DNA from: the human T2T-CHM13v2.0 reference genome, Homo sapiens
Assembly: GCF_009914755.1 (NCBI RefSeq)
Contig: NC_060932.1
Reading direction: 5' to 3' (one strand)
DNA: 64,000 nucleotides
Below are positions 15,166-29,400 of this stretch, piece by piece; position 1 is the first letter of the stretch; each line of letters starts with the position of its first letter. A program made the translations under genes and the position numbers. The notes under the pieces were generated by a model. That model had not been told where the DNA came from. It ran no database searches and saw only the letters and a program-made list of their open reading frames with translations.

Positions 15166-15918
15166 AGGAATGGATTTTATTGAATCTGCAGATCACTTTG
15201 GGTAATATGGACAATTTACCAATTTTAATTATTCCAATCCATGAACATAGGATGTCTTTCCATTTATTTGTATCATCTTTTATTTCTTTTAGCAATGTTT
15301 TGTAAGTTTTTAGTGTGTGATCTTTTTCCTCACTTGTTAAGCTTATTCACAAATGTTTTGTTTTCAATGCTATTGTAAATAGCTTTGTTTCCTTAATTTC
15401 CTTTTTGTAGTTCATTGTTAGTATGTGAAAATGACCTTATTTTTGTGTGTCAGTTTTGTTTCCTGCAACTTTACTGAATTTATTTATTAGTTATAACAAG
15501 TTTTTTGATGGACTCTTTGGGATTTTCTATATGTATGATCATGTCATCTTAAAAGAGGGACAGTTTTGCTTCATTTCCGATTTAGATGCCTTTTAGTTTT
15601 TCTTGCTAATTGTTCTGGCTAGGACTTCCAATACTAAGTTGAATAGAAGTGGCGAGATTGGGCATCCTTGCTTCATTTCTGATCTCAGAGGAAAAGCTTT
15701 TTGTTTTTCACAACTAGGTATGATTTTAGCTATGGGAATTTCATATATGGCCTAATTATGTTGAAGTTATTTTCCTTTATTTCTAGTTTGTTGAGAGCTT
15801 TTTGCATGAAAGGGTGTAGAATTTTATCAAGTGCTTTTTCTGTATCTATTGAGATGATCATGCTATTTTTATCCTTCATTTTGTTAATGTGGTATATCTC
15901 ATTATTTAATTAATTAAA

Positions 15919-16208
15919 TTTTTTTTTTTTTGAGACAGGGTCTTACTGTTGCCCAGGCTGGACTGCAGTGCTGTGAACACAGCTCACTGCAGCTTTGACC
16001 TAATGGGCCCAAGTGATCCTCGTGCCTCAGCCTCTTGAGTAGTCGGGACTACAGGCATATGCCACCATGCCTCACACATTTTTGTATGTTTTGTAGAGAA
16101 GGGGTTTTGCTACATTGCCTAGACTGGTCTCGAACTCCTGGACTCAAGCAGTCTGCCTGCGTAAGACGCCCAGAGTGCTGGGATTACAGGTGTGCACCAC
16201 TGCACCTG
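15919..16208 (-). mobile_element. AluJ
   Basis: Diverged dimer with poly-T; acagctcactgcagctttgacc. Confidence 0.88.
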
Positions 16209-17071
16209 ATCTCATTAATTGATTTTTGTATATTGAGCCTTAATTGATTTTTGTATATTGAGCCATCCCAATTTATACCCAAGGATAAATTCTACTAGGT
16301 CATGTTGTATTTTACTTTTAATGTGCTGCTGAATTTGGTTTGCTAGTATTTTGTTGAGGATTTTGCATCTGTATTTGTTTGGCACATTGGCCTGTAGTTT
16401 TCTATATTTGGCATATTGGCCTTGGTGATACAGTCTGCATCAGGATAATGCTGGCCTCATAAAATGAGTGGAATTTTCTCCTCCTCCTCTATTTTTTGGG
16501 TGAATTTTTAGAATGATTGGCATTAGTTCTTTAAATGTTTGGTAGATTTCACCAGTAAAGCCATTGGTCCTGTGCTTTTCTTTGCTAGGAGGTTTTTGAT
16601 TACTGATTCATATCCTTACTACTTATAGGTCTGTTCAGACTTATTTCTTTATGATTCAGTCTTGGTGGGATGTGTGTTTCTAGGAATTTATCCGTTTCTT
16701 TTAGGTGATCCAGTTTGTTGATGTGTAAATGTTTATAGTAGTCTTTTATAATTCTTTTTATTTATGGCATCAGTTGAAATGTCTCCTTTCTCATTTCTGA
16801 TTTTGAGTCTTCTCTTTCTTTTTCTTAGTGTAGCTAAGATTGGTTAATATTGCTTATCTTTTGAAAAATACTAACTCTTGGTTTTGCTGATTTTTCAATT
16901 CTTTTTCTAGTCTCAATTTTGTTTATTTCTGATCTGAAGTTCATTATTTCCCTTATGATAATTTTGGGTTTAAATTTTCTGTTGCTTTTCAGATTTCTTG
17001 GGTTGTAAAGTTAGGTTGTTTATTTGAGTTTTTTTTTTTAATATAGGTTATCACAGCAAGCTTTCCTTGTA

Positions 17072-17350
17072 TTTTTTTTTTTTGACAGAGTCTCACTGTG
17101 TTGTCCAGGCTGGAGTGTAGTGGGGCAATCTTGGCTCATTGCAACCTCCACCTCCTGGTTTCTAGTGATTCTTGTGCCTCAGCCTCCTCAGTAGCTAGGA
17201 TTACAGGCGCGCACCACCATGCCTAGCTAATTTTTGTATTTTTAGTAGAGATGGGGTTTCGCCATGTTGGCCAGGCTGGTCTCGATCTCCTGATCTCAGG
17301 TGATCTACCCGCCTTGGTCTGGGATTACAGGCGTGAGCCACCACATCTGT
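17072..17350 (-). mobile_element. AluS
   Basis: Dimer with poly-T and a small left-arm deletion. Confidence 0.9.
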
Positions 17351-18584
17351 CCTCCTTTTAGTATTATTTTTGTTTTATTTCATAAGTTTTTACATATTGT
17401 GTTTTTTGTTTGTCCAAAAGTATTTTTTAATCTTGTGTTTGATTTCCTTTTTGACCCAATGGTTGTTCCACAGTGTGTTGTTTAATTTCCACATATTGGT
17501 GAATTTTCCATTTTCCTTTCTGCTTTTATTGTTGTCTTTTTCTATTCTAATTGCTAGTTTCATCCATTTTGGTCAGAAAATATATTTGGTATGATTTCAG
17601 TCTTCTTAAATTTCTGAAGACCTGTTTTGTGACCTAAAATGTGAGCCTGGAGAGAGTTCCATGTGTGCCTGAGAATAGTATGTATTCTGCCACTGTTGGG
17701 TAGAATGTTCTGTATATGTCTATTAGTTTGATTTGGTCTGTAGTGTTGTTCAAGTCCTGTGTTTCCGTATTGATCTTCTATCTAGATGTTTTATCCATAA
17801 TTAAAATGCAGTCTTGAAGTTTCTTACTATTATTGTGTTGCTGTCTCTTTCTTTCTTCAGTTTTGTCAGTGCTTGCATTACATATTTAGGTGCTCTAATG
17901 CTGGGTGCATATATATTTATTATTGTTATATCTTCCTAGTGAATTGTTACTTTTATCATTATAAAATGTTTTTCTTTGTGTTTTGTGACAATTCTGACAT
18001 AGAGTCTCTTTTCTTTGATACAAATATAGGTACCCCTGCTCTCTGTGGTTACCATTTGCATGGAATATCTTTATCCATTCTTCACTTTCAGCCTATATAT
18101 GTCCTTAGAACTATAGTGAGTCTCTTGTAGATAGCATATAGTTTTTTTTTTTTTTTTTTTATCCATTCAGTATGCTATGTGTTTTTGTTGGGGAGTTTAA
18201 CATATTTACATTTAAAGTAATTCTTGATAGGGAAGGATTTACTGTGATTGTTTTAAATGTTTTTTGTTTGTCTTGTAGCTCTTTTGCCTGCCCTTTCTTG
18301 CTGTTTTCCTTTGTAATTTTTTGATTTTGTGTGTGTGTTGATAATTCTTTTATCCCTATTCCTTTTTCTTTTGTGTAACTTCCTTCTATAGGTATTTGTT
18401 TATGGTTACCTTAGAGCGTGCATAAAATATCTTGTAGTAATAACAGTATTTTTAAGCTGATAACAACTTAACCTCAATTACATACAAAAACTCTTCACTT
18501 TAAGTTCTCCCATTACACAGTTTATGTTGTTGTTACAGTTTACAATCTATTAATATTGTGTATCTTCCAACATATTTTTTATAG

Positions 18585-18999
<415 letters not shown>

Positions 19000-21929
19000 T
19001 AATTTTATACTTTCTTATGCTCCTGTGTTGCTGTCTAGCAGTCTTTCATTTCAAGGTGCAGAACTCCATTTCACATTTCTTAGAAGAAAGGTCTAATCAT
19101 GATGAACTTCCCTGCTTTTGTTTTTCTAGAAAAGTCTTAATGTCTTCTTCATTTTTAAAGGATAGTTTTGCCAGATATAGGATTCTTTCTTGGCAGTTTT
19201 TTTCTTTCATTACTTTAATATGTCACCTCATTAACCTTCTGGCCTGCAAGATTTCTGCTGAAAAATCCACTAATGGCCTGATGGGGGTTCCCTTGTATGT
19301 GATGAATTGCTTTCTTTCTTACTGCTTTCAAAATTCTCTTTGTCTTTTGATAATTTGATTGTAATGTTTCTTGGTGTTGATTTCTTTAGATTCTTCTTAC
19401 TTAAGGTTCTTTGGGCTTCCTGCATCTGGACGTCCATTTCCTTCCCCAGATTTGGGAAAATTTCAACCACTACCTCTTTGAAATAAGCTTTTTGGTACTT
19501 TTTCTTAGTCTGCTCCTTGTGGGATTGCCACAGTGTGTATATTAGTCTCTTGATGGTGTCTCATAAGTCCCTTAAGCTTTCTTCACTTATATTTCTTTTT
19601 TTTTTTTTGCTCCTCTGACTTGATAAGGTAACCCGACTTTGAGTTTGTTGAATCTTTATTCTGTTTGCTCTGATCTGCTGTTGAACTCCTCTGTTGCATT
19701 TTTCCATTAAGTTGGTGTATTCTTCAGCCCCGAAATTAGTGAGAAGACCTTCACTAGTTAACCTGGCCAGAGCTTTTTTGGGCCTCTCAAACTTTCATGT
19801 TTGTTATACTGCCTTTTCTATTGTTGTTAGCGCTCAGTGTCTACAATATGCTGGAGCCTATCAGTGTTCTGAGAGGGGAGAAAGAAGTGAATTTGTTGGG
19901 CAATCCCTAGAAAAGTTGGAACATGTGACATGTGGTCCAACAGTTTCTCTTTCCAGGGAAAAGCTTGGAAGTGTTTTTTTTTTTTTTTTTTTTTTTTTAA
20001 TCACTATGTTAAACTGGGTAGAGGAACTGTGGCGAGTGTCTGAGTGATAGTTTGAACAACCACCTTCATTCTTTGTAGCCTTCAGGGGTCTAGCACATAC
20101 CAGCTCCATCTGTGCTCTGAGAGAGGAGAGGGAAAAGCCAATTTCTTGGGTAGCTCCTAGAAAAATTGTAGCGTTGGATGTGTGGTCCTCCTTTGGGAGA
20201 AGCTAGGAGCTGTGGCAAGTGCCCACATGCTAGTTTAACCTACTACCTTTGTTCTCTGAAAACCCCAGGGATCTAATATATTCCAGGTCCTATATGTTGT
20301 CAGAGGCAGATGAGATAGAAGGTAGTCCCTCAGGAAGCACTCTAAAAAACTGTAATATTGGATGTGTGGCCCAACTCTTTCTCTCCTCAGGGAGATGCTG
20401 AGAGCTGTTTCCTCCTGATCTTATATGACGCGTCATGAGTTGGGATTGCGGCGAGAAAGGATCTCCAGTTTTCCTACTGGTTTCAGTGTGGCTGGTTTTA
20501 CAATTGCCTGGGATGTAGTAGCCTCTCAACTAGTTTCTGGATTTCTCACAAAGGGAATTGATTAGTGTGTTACTGTTGAATTGCTGACTTTTTATAGGAG
20601 ATTTGTTAGCCTCCAATAAAAGTTAAAATGTACATGCTTTTAGATCTAGTAATTCTACCTTTATGTAACTATCTTAGAGAAATATTTGTGTATATACACA
20701 TGGGGAGTGTACAGGGATGTTTATTGCAGCACTGCCTGTTGGAGGAAGGAGAATCCAGAGCTTTCTATTCTCCCATTTTGGTGATGCCACTCTGGCTTTT
20801 ATTTTTGTGCATAAATAAAATCAGACTTAATATTGTTTAAAATTGACTTAAAATCTCTTGTGTGCAGATTTTTTTCTATTACGATATCCTGGACATTTTT
20901 CTGTATCATTTTATTATGTAGACATAGCCCTTTAATTTGCTGAATAGTATTCCAATACAAGGATTTACTATGATTTATTTAACCATACTCTCATTAATTA
21001 CTGTAATTAGTGTTTTCTATTGTAAACAGTGCTGCCGTATACATCCTTGTACACACCTCATGTGTATATATACAAACATACACACCTCATGTGTATATAT
21101 ACAGATATACACACGTCGTGTATATATACAAATATTTTTCTATGATAGTTATTGTACATAAAGGTAGAATTATTGTATCTAAAAGCATGTACATTTTAAC
21201 TTATATCAGAAGCTAATGAATTTCCTATAAATAGTGTGGGTCAGTTTGCATTTCTGACAACAGTATATTATGCCATTGTGTACCCATAGTCTTACCAGCA
21301 CAGGATAATATGTTTTCTTAATTTTGGCAAGCTGATGGGTAAAAAATAAGAAGATACTGTTTTAGTTTACAGTTTTTCATGTGATTGTAGATTATAGGCA
21401 TCATTTTCTTCTATGAATTATTATTTTATGTATTCCTTATCAGTTCTGTTGGTTCATTAAATCTTCTTTTAAATTGATTTTTAGACCTCTTTCTATAAGA
21501 TGGACATAACTCCTTTGTTATATATGTTCTAATATTCTTTATTTATAGCTTATTTAACTTTTCATAGGTTACATTTTATGTTGAAATTTAAAATTTAAAT
21601 GAAGGCAAACTTACTAATTTTTTTCCTGTAATGGTTTCAGAAATTTGTATCTTGACCTGGTTTTTAGTATTCCTATATATAGATCATCATCATAGCCCCT
21701 CTACAAATTATTTTAGTTTTTTTTAAATTTAAAATTTTTATGTTAACTCTTTTAATTGAGGAGGGGGCATGTGGAGTAAGCTTGGAAATTAAACTTATCC
21801 ACTAATGATCAGTTGTTGTGGAACCATTTAAAATGGTTCTTTTACGATAACCTAAGTTCCTATATACATTATCTATTTCCTGATTCCCTATTCTTTCATG
21901 AAGCCAACTGTCCTGCAGTGTTTTTGAAC

Positions 21930-22660
21930 TGGCCAGCATTCACCTTCAAATCTTTATGTGAACTTATGTTTTTAATACTGTTGGGTAAATGTCCCGGAGT
22001 AGAATGACTTGGTTAGATGGTAGAGGTATTTAACTTTTCAAGAAACTCTCAAACTGTTTTCTAAAGTGATTGTTCCATTTTTCATTTCCATCCTTAGTGT
22101 ATGGGAGTTCTAATTGTTTCATATCCTGACCAATACTTCGTGTGGTCAGTGTTTTTAATTTTAGCCATTCTATTGAGTGTGAGGTGGTGCCTCATTGAGG
22201 TTTTAATTTGCATTTCCTTAGTAACTAATGATGCATTGAGCATGTTTTCATGTGCTTTTTTGCCATCAGGCTATCTTATGGTGATATGACTGTTCAACTC
22301 TTTTCCCTCATTTAAAAATTTTGATTACTTATTGTTGAGTTTTGAGAATACTTTGTGTATTCTGTATACAAGTTCTCTATCAGATTGTCAATATTTTTTC
22401 CAAGTTGTAGCTTGCCTTTAATTAACTTAGCAGTATATTTTGAAGAGCAGAACTTTTTCATGTTGATGAAGTTTATTTTATAAACTTGTAATTTTATCGG
22501 TTGTTCTTTTGGTGTCCTATCTAAGGACTTCTTGCCTGCTCCACAGTTGCAAAGGTTTTCTCCTAGAAGTTTTATAGTTTTAGGTTTTACATTTAGTTCC
22601 ATGATGCATTTTGACTTTTTTTGGGTATATTTCAAGATGTACATTAAAGTTCATTTATTT
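21930..22660 (-). mobile_element. Old L1M ORF2 3' remnant
   Basis: ORF 22312-22644 contains L1 ORF2-like ELNVKPKTIKLLGENL. Confidence 0.7.
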
Positions 22661-23009
22661 TAAAATGTTTATTATGAAATAATTATAATCTGAAAAGAAG
22701 TTGCAAAATAATATAGAGTCCTGTGTACTTTTCACCCAGTTTTCCTTAGTGGTGACATCTTATAAAGCTGTACCACAGAATACAAAACAGAACATTGACA
22801 TTGCTATTTTAACAGAGAAGATGTCTCTGTGGGTGGGAGTTTGGGGGTAAGAAGGAGCCATGGTGGCCCAGAGTATAGTGAGAGAAGCCAAGCAAGGTAA
22901 AAAAGAGTGTTCAGCTAGGGTGAAGAGCCATCCAACAGAGAAGTTAGACCCTGAGCATGAAGATAAATGCCTTTATGGACACTGACCTCTCTGTGATCAT
23001 CAAACATAC

Positions 23010-23404
23010 TGTTATGAACTGAATGTTTGTGCTTCCCCAAAACTCATGTGTTGGAGCCAGCCACCAGCATGGCTACATTTGGAGATGGGGCCTTTAAGGA
23101 AGTAATTAAGGTTAAACGAGGTCATAAGGATGGGGCCCTGATCCACTAGGATCAGTGTCCTTGTAAGAAGAGACACCAAACATCTCACTTGCCGTCTCTC
23201 TGCACACATGCACTGAGGAAGGGCTATGTCAGCACACAGCAAGAAGGCAGCCCTCTGCAAGCCAGGAAGAGAATCCTCACTAGAAACTGAACTAGTAGGA
23301 ACCTTGATCTTGGATTTCTAGCCTCAAGAACTGTGAGAAAATAAATTTCTGCAGTTTAAACCTGTGGTATTTTGTTATGGCATTCTGAGCAGACTAAGTA
23401 AGGC
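23010..23404 (+). mobile_element. MaLR solo LTR (MLT1A/MSTD-like), 220 bp upstream of exon 13
   Basis: TG...CA ends, tgttatgaactgaatgtttgtg start, gagaaaataaatttctg polyA region, 5-bp TSD CATAC. Confidence 0.85.
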
Positions 23405-23623
23405 ACATACTATATGATTTCTGTCCTTTGAAATATGTTGAGACTTATACTTGCAGCTGAAGAGACATTGTTAAATCCAGAAACAGTAAGCAACTGTTTC
23501 TGGAGGGTAACTGCTACAATCATGTTAGAATGAAGTAGATTTTAGGTGTAAGATGAGAATTTTATTAATGAGTATTCATGTCAATTACTAATTTCTTTAT
23601 TGACAGTCATTTTATGTTCACAG

Positions 23624-23716
23624 GAATGTGAATTGGACCCTTGCTGCGAAGGAAGTACCTGTAAGCTTAAATCATTTGCTGAGTGTGCATATGGTGACTG
23701 TTGTAAAGACTGTCGG
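23624..23716 (+). CDS. ADAM9: ADAM9 coding exon (~exon 13, 93 nt): disintegrin domain
   Basis: ttcacag|GAA ... CGG|gtaagg. Encodes ECELDPCCEGSTCKLKSFAECAYGDCCKDCR; phase 0 at both ends, continuing the previous exon. Confidence 0.97.
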
Positions 23717-24719
23717 GTAAGGAATTCCTCCCTTTTGGAAACAGGAAAAAAAAAAAAAAAAAAAAGAAAACCTGTGTATATCAAAATTTGTTTTTTGAGA
23801 TTTCTGAGTCAGCACTATTTTTATTTTATGGTCATGGGAAAAATTTTATGCCACTTGTGTATAATTTTAAAGCACACTCTTTTACGTTAAGTGGTCTGTT
23901 GATATTGTTTTCTAAGTAGAAACATTTTTTTTCTGATTTTTAGAGTAACATATGCCTGTTAGAAATAATTAAATAACATGAAACCATAGAAAGTAGAGAA
24001 TGAAAGATCCTCTATTATTTTATACTCTTCAGGTAACCACTGTTGATAATTTGTTAATATAATCACGTTTTTTCTATACAAATGTGAGTGTATGTGTGTA
24101 TGTGTGTTTTTAAGTGGGTAAGCACAGATACATATATTTTTACTACCTGCTTTTTTCAATATGACACCATGGACTTTTTTCCCATTCATGTAGTTCTATA
24201 ATACATGGTTATTTAAGTAATATTACTTGTATAGTTGTACCATAATTTCTTTAGTCAACTAATGATGGACATTTTGATTACTTCCAGTTACTGCTTATAA
24301 GAGAAATCACTGGTGCAGAATATTCATACTAAGTTTTTGATATACATTTTATATATCTTTCACACATATGCCAATCTATACTTCTACCAACAGTATTATC
24401 AAATACTTGTTTCCTTATGCCAATATTGGGTACTAGCAGGCACTATACTCCTAGTTAATTCAATAGGTGTAAAGGGTTCTTGTATTTTTATTTAGTTTGC
24501 ATTTCTTTTGGTTACAAATGAGGTCATGTTTCTTTACTTTCCATAGTTAGGACTTACATGAATTACCTGTTGTTAGCCATTGTTCATTTTTCTGTTGGGT
24601 TATTTAATCTTTTGCTATTGTTAGAATGCTTTATAGATGTAAATGCTGTGGTTTCACATTTGATTAATTTGTGGACATTATCCTGATATTTCTGTTTAAT
24701 TTGAATTCTATTTCACTAG

Positions 24720-24915
24720 TTCCTTCCAGGAGGTACTTTATGCCGAGGAAAAACCAGTGAGTGTGATGTTCCAGAGTACTGCAATGGTTCTTCTCAGTTC
24801 TGTCAGCCAGATGTTTTTATTCAGAATGGATATCCTTGCCAGAATAACAAAGCCTATTGCTACAACGGCATGTGCCAGTATTATGATGCTCAATGTCAAG
24901 TCATCTTTGGCTCAA
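24720..24915 (+). CDS. ADAM9: ADAM9 coding exon (~exon 14, 196 nt): disintegrin loop (TSECD) and start of Cys-rich domain
   Basis: ttcactag|TTC ... TCA A|gtaaga. Encodes FLPGGTLCRGKTSECDVPEYCNGSSQFCQPDVFIQNGYPCQNNKAYCYNGMCQYYDAQCQVIFGS. Absent from the ORF track; translated by hand. Confidence 0.96.
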
Positions 24916-26064
24916 GTAAGATATCATCATTTATAATTGATTGCTTCGATATTATTTATTTTTGATTTAGATATTTTAAAAAAGGTAATGAAACATTATT
25001 GATAAAGTTGAGGCTCTCTTGTTTCTCATCGTATTTCCTTTCTTCTTTGGAGGCAGTCATGATCATGAATTTAATATGCACAGATTCAGTTGATGTTTTC
25101 TTATTTTTACTGTCTATATCTTTTTATATTTTGTGTATCACGCACACACACAGATACATATATAGTATCTAGTTTTAATAATGTTGAATTGTGCACAAGG
25201 ATCTGCTATTTGCATTGTTCACTCAGAATTTTCTTGAAATTCATCTATATTGATATATTTATATTATAGTACATTAAAGTATTCCATTAGATGAATGGAT
25301 CATGATTTAGTTATTCTCTTACTGATAGATATTTGGGATTTTTAAAAAATTTATGTATTTTTTCTTTTAAAAGTTCTTATTTTTATCAAGGGCATACATA
25401 TAAAGAGCCAAATTATTGTGTAATGCATAGTATGAACAAATAAGGACTGTTCCCACCCACTATTCCCATCACTTGAGGCAGTTTTACCTTTTTTGGCTAA
25501 GATTTTTGTTAACTTGTGCTAGGTTTTTAGATAATCTCTTGGCAATGCGACGTTTTGATTTTTTTGTTCTAGGCATTAGTTATTAATTTCTCACTATAGA
25601 AGATGAGTTAGTTTTCTTTCCTTCTCTTCCTTCAACCCTTAACAACTCCCATCATACCTATGCTGATTTTCCATTCTTCATCCTCCCAATAGTTAGGGCA
25701 GTGATGACTGTGTATTGTATAATGGCCACATTAATGCTCTTCACAACTAAACTGTATAGTAAGTTATAATTACTTGCCTGATTTCTCTAGAGTTACTAAT
25801 TCTGTCTTTCTGTTTCTCTCTCTCTCTTTTGGTTTGGTTAATTTCCTATGTACTTTCCATTAATTGACCTGTATATTGTTAACCATTGGCCTGATTGTGC
25901 CTTGAGTTGATTAGTGGCATCAAGTATTCTATTTATTTCAATTTGTTCAAATAAGTCTGAACAGAAGGCCTCTGTTCCTCTTCAGTCTTGACTGGTTTCC
26001 CTCTGTATAGTTAGTTAGGGTTCTCTAGAGAAATGGAACCATTGTGTTGTGCGTTTATGTATAC

Positions 26065-26429
26065 AGTCATATACCGCATAACAACATTTTGGTCAGTGAG
26101 AGATTGCATATACAACAGTGGTCTCATAAAATTATAATGCTGTATTTTTACTGTAACTTTTCTATGTTTAGATATGTTTAGATACCTTTTCTATGTTTAG
26201 ATACGTTTAGATGCCATTGTGTTACCATTGCCTACAGTATTTAGTACAGTGACATGGTGTACAGATTTGTAGCTTAGGAGCAATAGGCTGTACCACATAG
26301 CCTAGATGTGTAGTAGGCTATACCACCTAGGTTTGTTTAAGTGCACTCTGTGATGTTTGCACAATGACAAAATCACCTAACAACTCATTTCTCAGATCAT
26401 ATCCCTGTTGTTAAGTGACACATTACTGT
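26065..26429 (+). mobile_element. Tigger3 (MER7/Golem-derived) DNA transposon inside the MLT2 LTR
   Basis: TIR-like ends cagtcatataccgcataac / gttaagtgacacattactg flanked by TA. Confidence 0.8.
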
Positions 26430-29400
26430 AGATATTACTGTATATATAATCTGGAGGAATTATTACGTGAATCTAATATTTATATATAATATATAATTTA
26501 CATATAATATATTAAATATATAATATCTTATATATGTATTACATGAAAATCAAATATATTCTCCTGGAGGAATCTGATATATTAGATTCATGTAATAAAT
26601 CCTGCGTAATAGCATGAGCCCATATATGAATTGGCTTGTGTGATTGTGGAAGCTGCTAAGTGTCAGATCTGCAGGGAGAGTCAGCAATCTGGAGACCCTG
26701 TAGAGCTGATGGTATAGTTCCAGTTAGAAGTCTGGCAGGCTCATGACCATGGAAGAGCTAGTGTTTCAGTTCAATTCCAAAGGCAGGAAAAAAGCTGATG
26801 TCTCATTCCAAAGGCCTTCAGGAAGACTTTTCTCTTACTTGAGGGAGGACTGGCCTTTTCGTTCAAGTTTAAAATTGATTGGATGGGGCCCACCTCCAAT
26901 AGGGAGGGCAGTCTGCTTTACTCATCCTACTGATTTCAATGTTAATCTCATCCAAAATCACCCTTACAGAGACATCCGTAATTATGTTTGATTAAATATC
27001 TGGGGATTCTGTGGCTCAGTCAAATTAACTCTACTAAAAAGGGTAAAATTAACCCTCATCAAAAATCCACTCCTTGTCAGCTTGAAACCCATAGACACCT
27101 TAAACCATACCAAATCTCCAAATGTGGACCTTGTTAAGGGCATAATTCCACCTAGCATGATATAATAACACTATCCTGCATGCAACTAAAACCTCACTAA
27201 CCTCTTTTCCAGAAAAGGAGGTAAAGTGATGTTTATTCTTCTTCTTGATATCCCATAACTTAAATACTGGGATATAAAATTAACAATACTTAAATGCTAT
27301 AATATCAAGTCAATATGTCTTATGCTGCATGATAAAGGTATAAGGAATGAGAACATATTTGCTCAGTACGTGTGTGTGAATGCACACACACATACACACA
27401 TGCAGCTATTCTTAATGAAACAGTCTTCGTTTCTGCAACTGGTCATGTGGTTGTAGCTGGTATTTATAACTAACTTCCACCCATTCTGTATTCCCTTTGC
27501 CTTCAGCAAGCACGTTAGCTGTTTGTGGTTCTTTACCTGTTAGGGTGACCCAAACTGTCGTTCTTGAAGGGTCTGGGCCATTTGTAGTCCTTCCTAGATT
27601 GGGTTGTTAAAGTTTTCCATTGAACTTAAACTTAATCATGAAGCATGGTAATACTAAGAGATGCCCTAAGGGATCTCCGGCATTCTAGACATACTCTTCC
27701 TTGCCTCCATTTTGGAGTAGTAGGCCAGTTTCCCTTTGGTGGTTCGGATCAGTAATTCTACCTGGCATAGAAACTGCCTTCTTTGCCTGTTGACTTGGAG
27801 GTATGAGGAGCCAATGTGGCTGGGCCTCTGGCTTAATTTCTAGTTCAGTAGAATCATTATTGTGGCTCCTGGTGGCAGCATTCCTCCTTTTGGAACTAAG
27901 GCCTCTAGTCCAGTAGAGCATAAGGTCGTGGGAACAGGAAACAAAATTTTGCTAGTGGGTCACTATGGATAATGGTGAGTGGTGTTTCTCCCATTTCCAC
28001 CCCTTGATACCTGGACACGTGAATCCTGGTTATGGGAAAATCAGCATTGGATGTTGGCTGCTGATTGAGAGCATATACAGCCTTTTGGAGAACCTTGCCC
28101 CAGCACTGTAAGGTATTGCTACCTAGTGGCACTGTAACTGAGTCTCCAAAAGGCATTTCCACCATGCTGTCAGCCAGCTGCTTCAGGATGGTGGGGAAGG
28201 AACATGGTAAGGCCAGTGAATTCCATGTGCATGGGCCCATTGCCTCATTTCATTTGCTATCAAGTGAATTCTTTGGTTTGAAGCAGTGCTGTGTAGAATA
28301 TTATGATGGTGGGGGAGGAATTCTGTATGTCCACAGAAGGTAGTTTTGGTAGTTCACAGGAGTGTTGCTACAGAGATGGCAAATCTATATCAAGAGTACG
28401 TGTGTCTGTCCCAGTAAGAACAAAGCACTGCTTCTTTCATCATGGAAAGGGAAAAATGTAATCAACCTGCCACCAGGCAGCTGACTGACTAACCTAGGGA
28501 ATGGTGTCATACTGGGGACTCAGGATTGGACTTTGCTACTGGAGAATTTGGGCACTTAGCAGCAACAATAGCCAGGTCAGTTGTTGAGAGGAAGTCCATG
28601 ATGCTGAGCCCACGCATCGCCTCCAACCCTGCCACTGTGAGTACGTGGTTCCTGAGCCCATGGATGAGAATAGTTGGCTGGGGAAAGAATGAGTCATCCT
28701 ATCTACTTGATTATTAAAATTCTCCTCTACTGAGGCCACCCTTTGGTGAACATTCACATGGGACACAAATATCTTTGCCCTACAACCCAGTCATGGGCCA
28801 TAGCCCATAAATTGGTGTATAATCACGTCTGGCTGTTTCTTCTCCCAAGGAAAGTGAACAACCAGGTGCACTTCAGGGATGTCCCAGAAAGGGGCTGCAG
28901 TGCTACAGTCATCCACTTTTGGTTCTTCATATCATATCATGTGTAGAACCATCTGCAAACCAGGTCTCCGTCTTCTTTTCTACTGTCACCTGATGGGTAG
29001 GAAGTTCCCCGTGAGGTCATAGTTGCTGGCTAGGAGAGAAAATGTAGTGTAGCAGGAGTGGGGAGCAGGGGCATGTGGGGCACTTCTTTATGTAACTTGT
29101 GCCTTCCAGGCCTTGGTTTGGCTCAATTACATACGTAGCACTTCCATTTCATGATGGGGTGCTGCTGCATATGCCCAGCTTTATAGCTTGGTGAGTCAGA
29201 TGACATCCAGTTTATCATGGGCAACTCAGGTTGAATGGTAACTTGGTGGGTGGCCCATGGTTAAATGTTCAATTTCTACTTTAAGGCCCAGTAGCAGGCC
29301 AATAGTTTTTTCTCAAAAGGAGAGTAGTTATTCGCAGAGGATCACAAGGCTTTGCTCCAAAATCCTAAATGCCTGCACTGCACCTGACCTATAGGGAACT

